Source: Callorhinchus milii
Taxonomy: Eukaryota
Length of the DNA: 64,000 nucleotides
Reading direction: 5' to 3'
Assembly: GCF_018977255.1 (NCBI RefSeq)
Contig: NW_024704742.1
Span: 74,464,001-74,528,000, forward strand
The notes under the pieces were generated by a model. It worked only from the letters and a program-made list of their open reading frames with translations. It did not search any database and was not told the origin of the DNA. Shown here piece after piece: positions 12,759 through 25,216 of this stretch (position 1 is the first letter of the stretch; each line of letters opens with the position of its first letter). The position numbers and the translations under genes are program-made.

Positions 12759-13027
12759 TCCAGGCAGGGCGAAACCTTGGGCAAGTTTCCTTACTCCACA
12801 CGCCTAATAATAATCCCTCCAAAAAACCAAAAACAATAATTAAATTGGTCATTTTCAATCTACGACTGTTTGTGGGACATTGCTGTGCGCAATTGGCTGC
12901 CGCGTTCGCCCACAAATATACAGTCAATTCACTTTACAGTGTGTTCTGTGAAGCGCTTTGGGACGTCCTCCTGACGTGAAAAGCGCTATATCAAATGCAA
13001 GGATTATTATTATTATTATTATTATTA
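12759..13027 (+). mobile_element. 5'-truncated tRNA-SINE inserted into the unclassified repeat
   Basis: Begins at the end of the B box; the host repeat resumes at about 13028. Confidence 0.9.
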
Positions 13028-13593
13028 TACTCTTACGCATGATGATGGGTGATGGGTTTCTGTTGTGTCAGACACCTGGCTGACCAAAACAAAATGCATT
13101 TTGTTACGGGCAGGAGTCCATCACTGATTTCTTTCAGAAATTCTGTTGAGAAATGCTGCAAAATTGACCCTGCATGTGGTTATAAAATCACCAGAGACTT
13201 TTAGCATTGCTACATACCATTCAATTTATCAAAATGATGAAAGTGTCCTGATCAAAAAGTGATCACACATAATCGATGAGAAACACTGTGTGTGAAAGTC
13301 ATGTTTTGTACAATCATTTTCATGCTGTCTAGGAGGGAGATGCTTACAGAATAAATATCATTATGTCAAGACATCTTAAGTGACATGTCTCATTTATGTA
13401 CCTCCCCTATCTCTCTGATCTGCTTGTACCTCACTCCTCTCCTTATCCCCTCCACTCAGCTACCACAGGTCTGCTGTGTGATCCCTGGCCCCTCCATGCT
13501 GCATCTGTCTAAGGCTTCAGGTACTATGGCCCTAACCTCTCTCCCATCACCTCACCCCCTCAATATCTGACCTTAAATCTCACCTCAACACCT

Positions 13594-13906
13594 AATAATA
13601 ATAATAATCCTTGCATTTGATATAGCGCTTTTCACATCTTCTAGACATCCCAAAGCGCTTCACAGAATATGCTGTAAAGTGAATTGACTGTATATTTGTG
13701 GGCAAAATGCAGCAGCCAATTGCACACAGCAGTGTCCCACAAACAGTCATGGATTGAAAATGACCAATTTATTATTTTTTTTTTTGAGGGATTATTATCA
13801 GGCATGTGGAGTAAGGAAACTTGCCCAAGGTTTCGCCCTGCCTGGAATTGAACCCAGGTCTTTTGCTTGCAAGGCAAGTGCTCTAACCACTGAGCTGCAG
13901 GACTCC
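13594..13906 (-). mobile_element. tRNA-SINE copy
   Basis: Homologous to 422-747. Confidence 0.9.
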
Positions 13907-14597
13907 CCAATACCTATTTGACCATGCCTATGGTCACTTTCCCCACCCCTTTCAACTCCGCCATTTTAAAGTGTTCTGATACATTATCCTTCGCGAAGAG
14001 TAATCATAAATACAAGTTGTTATGTACATTTTGCTTAAGATATAAATTGTTAGTCAGCAGTTAGGGTGTTGTGTCCAATTTTGATCATCCTGCTTTAGGA
14101 AGGAAGTCAGGGCCATAGAGAGGATACAGGGGAGTGTTTTGGAACAAGATGATAGCATGGATGAGTAGTTCGACCTTTGAGCAGAGACTAAGAACTGAGC
14201 CTATTTTCGCTAAAACAGTGAAGGTTGAGGGCAGACCTGATTGAGGTCTTTAAAATTAGGAGGGTTTTTGATTATTAACGAGAATTTATTTCATGGTATC
14301 AAGTTAAAATAATTAGTAAAGCAAAGGGGGAGATTAGGAGGTTTTTTTATATTAGGATTTTTTTACTATACATTATTATATTATTATTATTCCAAAATGC
14401 TACCCCACCATTCTCCCATCCCTGCATCAAGTGTTTTTTTTAAAAGCTCAAGTCCAGTGACCTAGCTTAAACCACCCTTCCTGGTAACCTGTTCCATTGT
14501 TAATTTTCCTCTGGGTAAAGAAATATTTCATGGCATTTGTCCTGAAATTGCCCTTTGCAATCCTGCTGTCTTAGTTCATCCAAAGAATTGTTATTCA

Positions 14598-15340
14598 ACA
14601 TAACAACATAACATGTATGAGCCGGAGTAGGCCATATGGCCCTTCGAGCCTGCCCCGCCATTCAATCATGGCTGATCTTCTAATCTAACTCCAGCTAATA
14701 ACCTAACCCTGCCTTATCCCCATATCCCTTAATCCCTTTTGCAATAAGAAATCTATCTATCTCAGTCTTGAATATGTTCAAGGACTGAGCGTCAATAGCC
14801 CTTTGGGGTAGTGAGTTCCATACATTCACCACCCTTTGAGTGACGAAGTTCTTCCTCAACTCAGTGTGAAAGGGCTGGCCTCTGATTTTAAGGTTGTGAC
14901 CCCTGGTTTTAGTTTCTCCAACCAGGGGAAACAATCTCCCACTATCTACTCTATTATGCCCTTTGATGATCTTATAGGTTTCTATAAGATCCCCTCTAAT
15001 TCTTCTATATTCCAGAGAATATAGGCCCAAATTGGTCAGCCTATCCTCGTAACTCATCCCCTTCATCCCTGGTACTAACCTAGTAAATCTACGCTGTACC
15101 CCCTCCAAGGCAAGTACATCCCTCCTTAAATAAGGAGACCAAAACTGCACACAGTATTCCAGGTGTGGTCTCACCAGGGCCCTATACAGTTACAGCAAGA
15201 CTTCCTTACTCTTATACTCTAATCCTTTCATAATGAATACTAACATACCGTTCGCCTTCCTAATTGCTGCTGCACTGCAGACTAACTTTCTGTGATTGGT
15301 GTCCAAAGACACCCAAGTCCCTCTGGACGCTAACACATTC
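14598..15340 (-). mobile_element. CR1 LINE 3' fragment, young
   Basis: [13 protein letters not shown]...TRGHNLKI...FVTQRVVNVWNSLP plus 3'UTR. Confidence 0.95.
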
Positions 15341-16500
15341 TCAATCCCTTTAAAACCTTGTTTGAGAACCCAGGACATTAGCATGCGTTAAGGACGATAT
15401 ATAACCGCAAATTGTTGTTCAATCTCTAAGATCCCTCTGAGATATCTCATTAAAGAGAGTTTCTCCTGGTATCCTGGCCTACAATCCACCGGATTAATTA
15501 ATCATTAACAATATGCATGATCTGCTACTACAAACAATTAAATGTAAATGTTTTGATGTGATGAGGTATACAAGTTCTTTCTTTACATGTCAGGTTTCCC
15601 CTATCCTGTGACCCAGTAGGAAATTGTACATATGTGGACATCAGGTGAGAAGAAGATGTGGCTAAGCTATGATCTTGATTATGGAAAAGCTTTCTGCCAC
15701 TCAGTGTTTGGCTCACACATTAAAAATGCCAGCCTTGGGTGAGGTACCTGGCAGCTGGCGCCCATTTGAACCTACACTGATTCTGAGTCAGGAGTTCTAG
15801 GGAGATAATTAAACAGAAAAGCAAACACAGAAGCAATTTAAATGACCAAAGTTTGTTAAGATCCACCACTGTTCCAGGTGAATTTGCAGTTAAATGGTGA
15901 TTGCATGAAGCAAACTAATTCACTATCACACAGAGTGATAATGAACTCAAGCTTTTGGAAAAAAGGGTCTAAAGTAAGAATTTAACAAAGCAATTTAATT
16001 GTAACGGAATTTAAAATGCAGAAAAATATCTTAAATAATAGCTTGACATCTCTTCACAAAGATCACTTGCTGGTACAACAACAACAACAACAAGATTCCA
16101 TTTATAAAGCGCCTTTCACGTCAGGAGGACGTCCCAAGGCGCTGGTACATGCTTTAAATACCTAACTATATAACCACAAATGTAATTACCTGGAAAGTAT
16201 AGTGTATCGACAACATGTAATCTCCATATTGCTATAATTGTGTGAAAAAAGTTCTGCTGAGAAGCACAATGCGAATTAGAAAACACAAAGTGTGCCAAAG
16301 CTGTAATGTGGCATGTACATCTCAGGTAATTGCTGTAATATAAAGTGCCAATTTTGGTGAACAGCACAGCAATGCCCTACAGACAATGCCCTACAAGCAA
16401 CAACAAGATTACATTTGTATAGCACCTTTCACGTCGGGAGGATGTCCCAAGGTGCTGAAGTGAACCATGAAGTGAATGATTGATTAACTTATCTTGGGAC

Positions 16501-16757
16501 CCTAGCAGTAGGTAGGAACTCAGTTTTCTTAGTTGATTGGCGGATCACTTTTCCAGTGGTAATAATTCCTTAAAAATAAACTAATTGGTCACTCAATCCA
16601 CAACTGTTTGTGGGACACAGCTCTGCGCAACTGGCTGGCACATTTAGTCCACAAAGTATACAGTCAATTCATTTCACAGTATATTCTGTGAAGTGCTTTG
16701 AGACGTCTTGAAAACATGATAAGGCGCAATATCAAAAGCAAGGATTATTATTATTAT
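16501..16757 (+). mobile_element. Partial tRNA-SINE, long subfamily
   Basis: Contains the extra cctagcagta...gcggatcacttttcc segment. Confidence 0.8.
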
Positions 16758-16896
16758 AATTGTTGGCCAGTAAATCAAGAGAAATTCCTCTCTCTTTTTG
16801 AATAGTGCCCTGAAGAGGTAAACAGGATTTGGATGTTTTGTCTGAAAATGGGGATAAATTAATTTTTATGAGATGGACTCAAATGAAAGAATAAAT

Positions 16897-17260
16897 GAAT
16901 AATAATCCTTGCATTTGATATAGCGCTTTATCATGTCTTTGAGACATCTTAAAGCGCTTCACACCATATGCTGTAAAGTGAATTGCCTGTATATTTTCTG
17001 GGCGAAACGCGGCAGCCAATTGCACACAGCAGTCCCCCACAAACAGTCGTGGACTGAGTGAACAATTTATTATTTTTTAAAAGGAATTATTACCCACGGA
17101 AAAGTGATCCGCCAATCGACTAACAATCAGGTTGCTACTTACTGCTAGGTAAACAGGCGTGTGGAGTAGGGAAACTTGCCTACCATTTTGCAGTGCCGGG
17201 AATTGAACCTTGGTCTCTTGCTTGCGAGACGAGTGCTCTAACTACTGAACTACAACACTC
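16897..17260 (-). mobile_element. tRNA-SINE, long subfamily
   Basis: Full head, extra central segment of about 60 bp, and tail. Confidence 0.88.
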
Positions 17261-17771
17261 TGTACTTATAGATACATATGAAGGGAAAACTTCTGAAAGT
17301 ACTTCACAGTAATTACGGTCAATTTTATTGTTTGTTGCAAGCAAATACATATGTCATTTTGTGCAAAGTAAAAGTCTCACAGTCATGCTACTTAGCAAAG
17401 GGTGGGCTATATGCATGTGAGAGCCAACATCAAAAAGGCAGGAGAGTTAATGGCTACATGTAGCACTATCATGGTCAGTGGCCATTTGGAAAGGATGATG
17501 TGAGCAGATGGACTGGGAGAGAACAGCAGTGAGTTGATTCTCATTCAGATTAAAGGCATCAGACTATCCAAGGAGAGGCAGAACCCTTTACTAGCATTTG
17601 TTGTTGACAAACAGTAAAGTTCAAAATGCCATTAATCTCCCAAATTCAACTAAAAGAAGCAGTATACCAAATGCACCTAATACGTTCCAGAATCAGGTAA
17701 GCAGTATGTGTCCCTCCGTGGAGAGAGTGCGCATTCCATTCCAACAATCTATTTCTGGGATTCCCATGTTT

Positions 17772-20715
17772 ACAACAACAACAACAACAACAACAAGATT
17801 CCATTTATAAAGCGCCTTTCACGTCAGGAGGACGTCCCAAGGCGCTGCACAGTTGGGTCATGACCCGAGCAGGGGGAAATGGTCAGGGTGAGGGGAGGGA
17901 GGGAGCGAGGAGGGGGGAAATGGTCAGGGTGAGGGGAGGGAAGGGAGGGAGAGAGGAGGGGGAAATGGTCAGGGTGAGGGGAGGGAAGGGAGGGAGCGAG
18001 GAGGGGGAAGAGAGTCGAGAGGGGAGCTGAAGGCTCGGTCAAAGAGAAAGGTTTTGAGACCGGCCTTGAAGGAGGAAAGGGAGGAAGCGGCGAAGGCACT
18101 GGGGGATGGAGTTCCAGAGCCTCGGGGCTGAGAGGCTGAAGGCCCGACCACCGATGGTAGGGCGGTTGGGGCGGGGGACGTGGAGCAGACCGGAGCCAGA
18201 GGAACGGAGGGTACGGGCAGGTAGGTAGGGGGATAGTAGGTTGGAGAGGTAGGAGGGAGCAAGGCCGTGAATGGCCTTGTAGGTGAGGATGAGGATCTTG
18301 AAATCAATCCTCTGGGGGATGGGGAGCCAGTGGAGGCGAGCGAGGGTGGGAGTGATGTGGTCCCGAAGCCTGGTGCGGGACAGTACACGAGCTGCAGAGT
18401 TCTGAATGACCTGCAGCTTGTGGAGGGAGGTGGCGGGAAGGCCGGCGAGGAGAGAGTTCCCATAGTCCAGCCTTGAGGTGACAAAGGCGTGAACCAGGGT
18501 TTCAGCAGCGTGAGGGGTGAGGTAGTGCCGTAGTCTGGCGATGTTCCGGAGGTGATGGAAGGCGGTGCCAGTTGTGGTGCGGATGTGAGGGAGAAAGGAC
18601 AGCTCAGGGTCGAACAAAACGCCGAGGTTCCTGACTGGCTTTGAGAGGTGGAGAGTGCAGCCTTGGATGCTGATGGTGTCAGCGCCTGAGGTGCGGAGGC
18701 GCTGACGTGAGCCAATCAGGAGGGCCTCGGTTTTTCGCACGTTGAGCTGAAGAAAGTTGTCTCTCGTCCAGGACTCGATGTCGGACAGGCAGCTGTCAGG
18801 ACATCGGTGGTCGTGGAGTTGAGAGTAGAGGAGGAAAGGTAGAGTTGGGTGTCATCCGCATACATGTGGAAGTTAACTCCATGTCTGCGGATGATGTCAC
18901 CGAGGGGGAGCATATAGAGGGTGAAGAGGAGGGGACCGAGGACAGAGCCCTGAGGGACACCACATGAGACAGTGCGGGGGGTGGAGGAGAAGCCATTCGT
19001 CGAGACAAGTGAAGACGGTGAGAAAGGTACGACCTAAACCATTCAAGGACAGTGCCTTGAAGGTTGAGGTGGGAGGACAAGCGGTGGAGTAGGATAGCGT
19101 GGTCGACCGTATCGAATGCTGCCGATAGGTCGAGGAGGACGAGGAGACAGAGGGAGCCCTGGTCACAGATGGTCAGGATATCATTGGTGACCTTGACCAG
19201 GGCAGTTTCTGTGCTATGGGCAGCACGGAAACCTGACTGAAGGGGTTCGAAAAGAGAATGGGTGGAAAGGAAAGAGCGCAGTTGGGAGGCGACAACTCTT
19301 TCCAAGACCTTGGAGAGAAAGGGGAGGTTGGAGATGGGCCGGTAGCTTGATAGCTGCGACGCATCAAGGGAGGGTTTTTTCAGGGTGGGCGTGATGATGG
19401 CAGTTTTTAATGGAATGGGGACAGAGCCAGAGGAGAGGGACAGGTTGATGATGTCAGTGATATGTGGGGCAAGAAAATGGAGCTGGGAGATAAGGAGTGG
19501 AGTGGGGATGGGGTCAAGGGAGCAGGTGGTTGGTTTTAGGGATAGGATGAGTTCAGTGACAGAGGGTGGGGAAACGGGTACGAAGGTGTGTAGGGGAGGA
19601 TGGGTAGGAGTCGGAGTGTGGGAGGGAAGGGGTGGGTGGTGGGTGGAAGTTGGAGGGGAAGTGACCGCGGAGCGGATTCCCTTGATCTTGGATTCAAGGA
19701 AATCCAGCATCTCCTCGCAGTGAAGGTTGGAGGAGATGACCTGCGCGGGGTGGCGGGGGGGACGGAGGAGTCGGGTTGTGGTGGAAAACAGTAGCCTGGG
19801 GTTGTTCTTCGCCTCCAGGATTATCCTGGAGTAGAAGGACGACTTGGCCGAGGCTAGAGTGGAGCGGTAAATTTTGAGGAGGTCCAGCCAGATTTGTCGG
19901 TGGACCGTTAGGCCAGATTTGACACAGGTGCGTTCAGCAGCCCGCACCTGGCTTTTCAGTGAGCGGAGGTGGGTGGTGTACCAGGGGGAGGAGCGGGAGT
20001 AGGAGACAGTGCGGGAAGTGATGGGGGCAAGAGTATCGAGTGTGGAGGAGAGGGTATTGTGGAGGAGGGAGAGAGGAGAAGAGGGGTCGGTGAGGGTTGA
20101 AGGCCAGAGGGAGAGGAGTTCAGAGGACTCCAAGGCATCGGTTAGGGATTGTGGGGGTAACTTCTTCCAAGGGCGGTAGAAGATGGTGGTGGGTCTGGTG
20201 GAGGTGGGGAGGGGGGTGGAGGTGGTGAAGGAGATGAAGTAGTGGTCAGAGATGGCCTTGTCGGTAATAGTGACATCCGAGACACTGAGGCCCCGGGTGA
20301 TCACCAAATCGAGTGGGTGGCCGTGACTGTGAGTGGGGGAGTTTATGTGTAAGGAGAGGTTGAGTGAGGAGAGCAGGGAAGAGAAGTCTGTGGAGATGGA
20401 GCAGGAGGGGGTGAAGTGTAGGTTAAAGTCGCCCAGGATGATGAGGCGATCGGAGCAGAGGCAAAGAGATGTGAGGAGTGTTGAAATGTCAGAGATGAAG
20501 GTGGGAGAGGTTTTAGGGGGCCGGTAGAGGAGGAGGATTTTAAGGGAGAGGAATGAGGGGTGGGAGAGGGTGAGGTGCTCAAAGGAGGGGAAAGAGCCAG
20601 TGGAGTAGGGGGATAGGGCAAGTGGTGTCCTTGAGATAAGGGCAACACCACCGCCACGGCGGTTGGGGCGGGGGATGTGGTGGGAGGTGTAGCCGGGTGG
20701 CGTGGCCTCCGTGAG
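17772..20715 (-). mobile_element. L2-clade LINE, about 2.9 kb, 5'-truncated within the endonuclease domain, ORF2 frameshifted
   Basis: APE remnant (GGGVALI, GDFNLH), RT motifs [30 protein letters not shown] and [11 protein letters not shown]-terminal LHWLPIPQRIDFK, and a (GTT)n tail. Confidence 0.95.
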
Positions 20716-22219
20716 GTGGGATGCGTGGAAATCTCAGCTCGGTTTGGATACTCTTAAGACTGGGGATGGGTTTCCAGCTGACCCAAAACAAAACTAAATT
20801 CTGACGTGCCAAGATCTCAAGAGTTACAGGTGAAAAAGGCTCTTTGGCTCATTTGTTCCCCCCAATCCCAGCATTAAAGCTGCTCCATACCAGTTCAGTG
20901 TTATGGCCTCCAGCCCTAGCTTATTTTAAGGATGAATAAGAGGCACCTTTCTATATCTAATTATTATTATAATTTAATTGTAATTTAAAAATAATAAAAT
21001 AAATTTACAAATAATTTGGTTGTTTTCTGTTCCACAAGTATTGAAAGCCAAACAAAACAGCAATCCCACACTCTGCGGAAGATTTCTTTCATTAATATAT
21101 TTAATAATAAAACTTTCTAATTATTATCATAATCCTCCAAATAAAACTGGTGACTCACTTCATGGCTTTTTAGGGGACACTGCTGTGTGCAATTAGGTGC
21201 CATGTTTGCCCACAAAATACACAGTCAATCAACTTCACAGTAAATGGAGTTCTCCCGATGTGAAAAGATGTACAGAAATGCAAGGATAATTATTATCTGA
21301 CAGATTACGTTGTCACAATACAACAGCTGAACTCCCCATGCAGCAGCATGATTATTGGCAAGGTTATTTCTCTAGGGATTGCTACTGCAGCGTATTATCA
21401 ATATCAACAGCAGAGAGGGTGATGATTGTGCAATGAAGGCGGGGTAGCAGACAGAGCTCTGTGACTTCGAGCCATTGCTATTTTGTACTCACAAGTCAAC
21501 TAAAGAGTGCCTACAGTGAACTGTGCTTTTAATTACAGGGTTTCCGAAAATAATTTTTATTTATTTGATCAAAAATGTCCCAAATTTAAGTAACTTGGAG
21601 TCGTAATCTTCTTATTATTGTGGTTCCAACTAGTTTTAAAACTTGGAATAATGACTATGGAGAGCAGGGTGTGTGGGCTGCGGTGCACTGCATCTGACTG
21701 ATGATGCCTGTTTACTGCCTCTTTCACATCCATTAGTCAACCAGAAAAAATTCTTTCTGCAGTAGGTGACATTGCTCTTTTTGTTTGTCTCTCAGCACTT
21801 GTGGCAACAGAAAATAATCAAACAAAGACACAAAATAAGACTGAAAGAACTTTAGTAATAACAATACTTGTCAAAATGTGAAGTTCAAATTCAAAAATTG
21901 AGAATTCAAAAAGAGGGCAATAATTATAAATGAAATCAAAATTCAAAAGCAAGGCAAATAAAGTTTTGTAACAACAACTTTCACAAACGAAACATTTTGG
22001 AACATCTTTAAGGATTCGATTAGAGATGTACACGCTTTGAGGGTTTTGAAAACAAGGAGAAAAAGTGTAAGGTGAAAAGATATTAAGAGAGCTTCAGAGA
22101 GCGAGGCTTCTTGGCTGAAGGCGTGGGCACTGGTAAAAGGGATTGAGATTGGGATGAGATAGTTAGTGGAGTATATGGGCAAGAGTTAGACCTGGCGAAA
22201 ACTGCAGAGACAGATTTTT

Positions 22220-23010
22220 TTTTTGATTAGCTGGGTGTCTGACATGTGCAAAAATCCATCACTGTGTGCTTAAGAGTATCCAAACCAAACTGAGATTTCC
22301 ATGCATCCCACCTACACGTGGAAATCCCAGAGATAGATAGATAGATTCTTGGAATGGAATACACACTCTTTCCCTGGAGGGACACATCCTGCTTACCTAA
22401 TTCCAGAAATTATTAGCGCAGGTTGGCAAGAATCAAGGCTGGGGGACCCCAGAATGAGTTTTGGGGTAACTGCTATAGTCTAACCAGCTAAAACTGCTTA
22501 GCTTGCCATTGATGTGGCTGTCTGGCAAGCTTTCCTGCTGCTTCTTCAGCTAGGACCAACCTAACTGTTAGGGCTTTGGGTTGCATGGTTAACAGGAGTT
22601 GAATGGGATGACTCCCTGCTCCCAGTGATTGGTCTGTCCTTCCAGGTCCTGGCAATGAGCCAGGCTGGCTGTGCTGGAATACTGTGGACCTGCCTAGCTT
22701 AGGAACCGGACTGCCAAGACCACCGCAGAGGGCTGGCTAGATTATGACATTCGGTTTCCAAGCATGTCACCTTGAACCCAGTTCAGCTCCAAAGAGACCC
22801 CGCTTACCTCCCCCCTGAAGGTTGGTTATTTGACACCTGACAAGTGTGGGTTTGAGCCCTCACTATGTGGATGGTAGGTACCAGGAACACCCTGCGAGCT
22901 TCCCGGTGAGCAACATATCTCAGCATGAAATGTGTGAGAGCATTGCCAGCGTCTTCTTGTCCGCAGCTCTGGCACATGTCCCTTCCCATTGAGCGATAGT
23001 TCCACCATTT
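22220..23010 (-). mobile_element. Longest copy of an unclassified non-coding interspersed repeat of about 0.8 kb ending in gctgacc(A)n
   Basis: Homologous segments at about 3565-3985(+), 5072-5400(+), 12498-13095(+), 17685-17770 with 20712-20795(+), 25915-26250(-), 40150-40360(-), 50910-51635(+), 54055-54475(-) and 58850-59055(-). Confidence 0.8.
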
Positions 23011-24072
23011 TGAGGTGTGTTTAAGCAGATTGTCCTGCAGAGAGAAAAGCAGCTGCAGCGAAAGATAAGGGTAAGACTGTGAAGGGATTTGAAAGTCGGA
23101 ACGAAGATCTTCAAGTCAATCTGCTAGAGCTGCTGGGAACCACCACAGACTGACAAGAGCTGTGTGGACCAGAGGCAAGAATCTATGTTTAATCGACTGT
23201 AAACAACAGGATTGTAGCTAAACACCCCTAACTTCAGCAGAATGGATCTCCCTACTCAGCCAATGTTCTCAGCACCTTTGCTCTTAAAAATATAGTTTGA
23301 GCTGATTGTTTGATTATTTGTTTGATCCAGACATGCTAGAACAGGATTAAAACCAAAAAAATGTTACTTTTGAAAGAATTTCCCGGTTATTATCTGCCAA
23401 AGAAGCATGGGAGGTAGGACAGATTTGGAAGTATTTAATAAGGCTGTGGAAAACGGGATCTGAGCTATCACTGGATCATCAACAAGACTCGAAGGGCTTT
23501 GACCAGATGGATTGCTTCATTGTAACTCCAACTAAACAGCCTTACTTCTCAGCTGTGGAGGAACAGCAGTAACTGGACTAACAAAGAATAGGAACACCAG
23601 TCAAACCATTCAGCCATTTGGCTGAACTAATTCACGCTAGTGTTTATAATTCACACAAGCCTCCACCCCTCCTATTCCCCTCTTCTATACCCCTCTATTC
23701 CCTTCTCCCTCACGTATGCATTATAAATATATTTGCTCCAATCACAGCTTCTGGCAGTGAGTGCCACATTCTCACGCACCCTTGGCAAAAAGAAGTTCTA
23801 CCTAAACTCCCTTTTAGATGCGCTACTAGCTATCTTATATTCGTGCTCCCTTGTTTTGCACTCACCAACAAGTGAACGCAGCTTATTCATTTCCACCTCT
23901 TTGAATCCTTTCATAATCATAAACACCTCAGGTTCCATCTCAATCAACTCTGCCATGAGAGCAAAGCTCCAACCTGTTCAATCTTTCTTTCCAGTTGTAT
24001 CCATTCATCCTTGTAAATCATGCTGTACTCTCTCCAATGCTACAATATTCTTCTTGTAGAATGGCAACCAGA

Positions 24073-24440
24073 CATAACATAACATGTAGGAGCAGGAGTA
24101 GACCATTCGGCCCTTCGATCCTGCCCCGCCATTCAATCATGGCTGATCTTCTAATCTAACTCCAGCTAATAACCTAACCCTGCCTTATCCTCACATCCCT
24201 TAATCCCTTTTGCAATAAGTCTTGAATATGTTCAAGGACTGAGCGTCAACAGCCCTTTGGGGTAGTGAGTTCCATACATTCACCACCCTTTGAGTGAAGA
24301 AGTTCTTCCTCATCTCAGTGTGAAAGGGCTGGCTTCTGATTTTAAGGTTGTGACCCTTGGTATTAGTTTCTACAACCAGGGGAAACAATCTCCCACTATC
24401 TACTCTATCATGCCCTTTGATCATCTTATAGGTTTCTAAG
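24073..24440 (-). mobile_element. CR1 3' fragment, same subfamily as 14598-15340
   Basis: Near-identical 3'UTR and FFTQRVVNVWNSLP. Confidence 0.9.
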
Positions 24441-24891
24441 TACTTTGTAAAGTAATCCAAATGTGGAGTAACCACATTATTACTTCTTCATTTTTCCTAA
24501 AATCCCAAGGTTCTCTCCCCACAATGAGTGGCCTTATTATTAGTAGAAATACCTGATAATTCTTAGAGGAGGCAGATTCATGTTTAATACACAAATACCA
24601 ACTTCTAATATAAAAACACATATAAACGATTGTCTTGAAAGATCTCTGTACAGCATTTTATATTTAAAAAATGTTTCTAGGTGTTTCACCTTCACTTGGT
24701 TAGTCACCTATTGTTGGCTGTTTGTGGGACATTGCAGTGCGAAGTGCTTTGGGATTCCTTCCTGATGTGAAAGGTGCTATATTAACAATGCCAACAACCT
24801 GTATTTATACACAGCCTTCACACAGGGCAGTGCTTAACAATGGCCGAGATTGACGTCGAACTGGGGAAATCTTATTATTTTATTTTATTTT

Positions 24892-25216
24892 GGAGTCCTG
24901 TAGCTCAGTGGTTAGAGCACTCGCTTTGCAAGTGAGAGACCTGAGTTCAATTCCAGGCAGGGCGAAACCTTGGGCAAGTTTCCTTACTCCACACACCTAA
25001 TAATAATCCCTCCAAAAAACAAAACAATAATAAATTGGTCATTTTCAATCTACGACTGTTTGTGGGACATTGCTGTGCGGAATTGGCTGCCGCGTTCGCC
25101 CACAAATATACAGTCAATTCACTATACAGTGTGTTCTGTGAAGCGCTTTGGGACGTCCTCCTGACGTGAAAAGCGCTATATCAAATGCAAGGATTATTAT
25201 TATTATTATTATTATT
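24892..25216 (+). mobile_element. tRNA-SINE, short subfamily
   Basis: Near-identical to 422-747. Confidence 0.92.
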
